From Limnohabitans sp. Rim8 (GTDB lineage Bacteria; Pseudomonadota; Gammaproteobacteria; Burkholderiales; Burkholderiaceae_C), in the NCBI GenBank assembly GCA_945877725.1, contig CAMDXR010000001.1, positions 1 through 35,741 on the forward strand: a stretch of DNA of 35,741 bases, in the 5' to 3' direction. Positions 34,775 through 35,741 of this stretch are shown here, one piece after another. The first letter of the stretch is position 1; every line of letters starts with the position of its first letter. The notes beneath the pieces were generated by a model. That model saw only the letters and a program-made list of their open reading frames with translations, was not told where the DNA came from and did no database searches. Made by a program: the position numbers and the translations under genes.

Positions 34775-34788
34775 TTGATTCAAATCAA
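34775..34788. promoter_or_regulatory. FNR/FnrL-family binding box
   Basis: TTGAT-TCAA-ATCAA, a perfect match to TTGAT-N4-ATCAA, in an AT-rich intergenic region. Confidence 0.8.
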
Positions 34789-34904
34789 TGAAGATTTTAT
34801 AAACCATTCTGCAGCTGCGGACCGGCATGCTATGTCGCTGGCGAATTGACGCCTCGGTTTTCAACTTCCCAAGGGTTGACACGCAAACGCTGCTAGGAAT
34901 TCTC

Positions 34905-35738
34905 ATGTCTGAGTTCAATGGCTTGGGTGATCAGTCGCATGGTTTCACACAGCGCGGCAACATGCAGGAGGAGTGCAAAGATTCCCTGCTGGCCGTGATC
35001 GAAAAGCAAATCATTCCACGATTGCTCAATGCTCAGCAGTTTTTTCATGCCAGCACCAAGGTCCTGAACATGGATGGGCCGGCAGAGGCTCAGCCCGAAT
35101 TTTTGCCATTTACACAGCATTGCATCAAAGGCGACCCCCTGAATGCCAACGCGGTCGTCGATGCGCTGATGGCCCGGGGCGTGACCCACGACCGCATTTT
35201 TTTGGAGCTGATCACGCCTGCTGCGCGCCATTTGGGTGTTTTGTGGGAACAAGACCTGTGTGATTTCACCCAAGTGACCTGCGGTTTGGCCTTGATGCAC
35301 CAGATCACCTACCGTTTGGGTTATGAGTTTCAGTCTGGCCCGCAAGACCAAGGGGACAAAGAGCGCGTCATGCTGGCTTGCGCACCCGGTTCCCAGCACT
35401 TTTTGGGCTTGACCATCGTGGCTGATTTTTTCCGCAACGCTGGGGCCGAAGTGGTATTGGAAATCTCGTCCACCCGCGATGAGCTGCTGCGGGCCGTAGC
35501 CAACGAGTGGTTTGACGTGGTGGGCATTTCGGTGGCCATCGAGTCGCAGTTGCAGTCCTTGCCTTTGCTTATTCAGAGCCTCAGGGAGAGTTCGGGCAAC
35601 CCGAAGGTGCGCATTGTGTTGGGCGGGCCGATTTTCCTATTGCACGAATTAAGCCCCAAAGCCTTGGGGGCCGATGCCATTTTTACCGATGCCCGTGAGG
35701 CGGTGACCGCCATTAAAAGGCTGGTTCGCTCAAAATAA
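34905..35738 (+). CDS. Second AerR/PpaA-like cobalamin (SCHIC)-binding protein
   Basis: IEKQIIPRLL, PAARHLGVLWEQDLCDFTQVT.GL, PGSQHFLGL, WFDVVGISV, LGGP, GADA. Start placed at MSEF after AGGA; uncertain. Confidence 0.85.
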   Translation: MSEFNGLGDQSHGFTQRGNMQEECKDSLLAVIEKQIIPRLLNAQQFFHASTKVLNMDGPAEAQPEFLPFTQHCIKGDPLNANAVVDALMARGVTHDRIFLELITPAARHLGVLWEQDLCDFTQVTCGLALMHQITYRLGYEFQSGPQDQGDKERVMLACAPGSQHFLGLTIVADFFRNAGAEVVLEISSTRDELLRAVANEWFDVVGISVAIESQLQSLPLLIQSLRESSGNPKVRIVLGGPIFLLHELSPKALGADAIFTDAREAVTAIKRLVRSK

Positions 35739-35741
35739 GGC

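Overview
This window is most of a photosynthesis gene cluster (PGC) from a purple or aerobic anoxygenic phototroph. Protein sequences and gene order look betaproteobacterial (Rubrivivax/Limnohabitans-like Burkholderiales); that assignment is inferred by eye. Left + strand block: 'bchZ-pufB-orf-pufA-pufL-pufM-pufC-crtA-crtD-crtC-pucB-pucA-pucC-small TM ORF. It converges at a bidirectional terminator on a - strand superoperon, bchF-N-B-H-L-M-lhaA-puhA-B-C-acsF-puhE-crtI-crtB-BLUF, which is followed by an RRM RNA-binding protein gene. The right + strand block is aerR/ppaA-ppsR-bchG-bch2-bchP-tspO, then a second aerR/ppaA-like gene behind a perfect FNR box. Main points of interest: (1) an LH2 antenna inside the PGC with blue-shifting substitutions (alpha F44/L45, beta Arg-10 to Gln), followed by an unannotated 31-aa single-TM gene; (2) a stand-alone BLUF photoreceptor plus two AerR/SCHIC-like paralogues beside PpsR, a possible 'split AppA' light/B12/O2 circuit; (3) an RRM protein inside the cluster, alongside repeated stop-centred CTGATTCAG palindromes in the puf mRNA; (4) a long crtD/crtC dual-coding overlap. 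All gene calls come from motif recognition; no database search was run.
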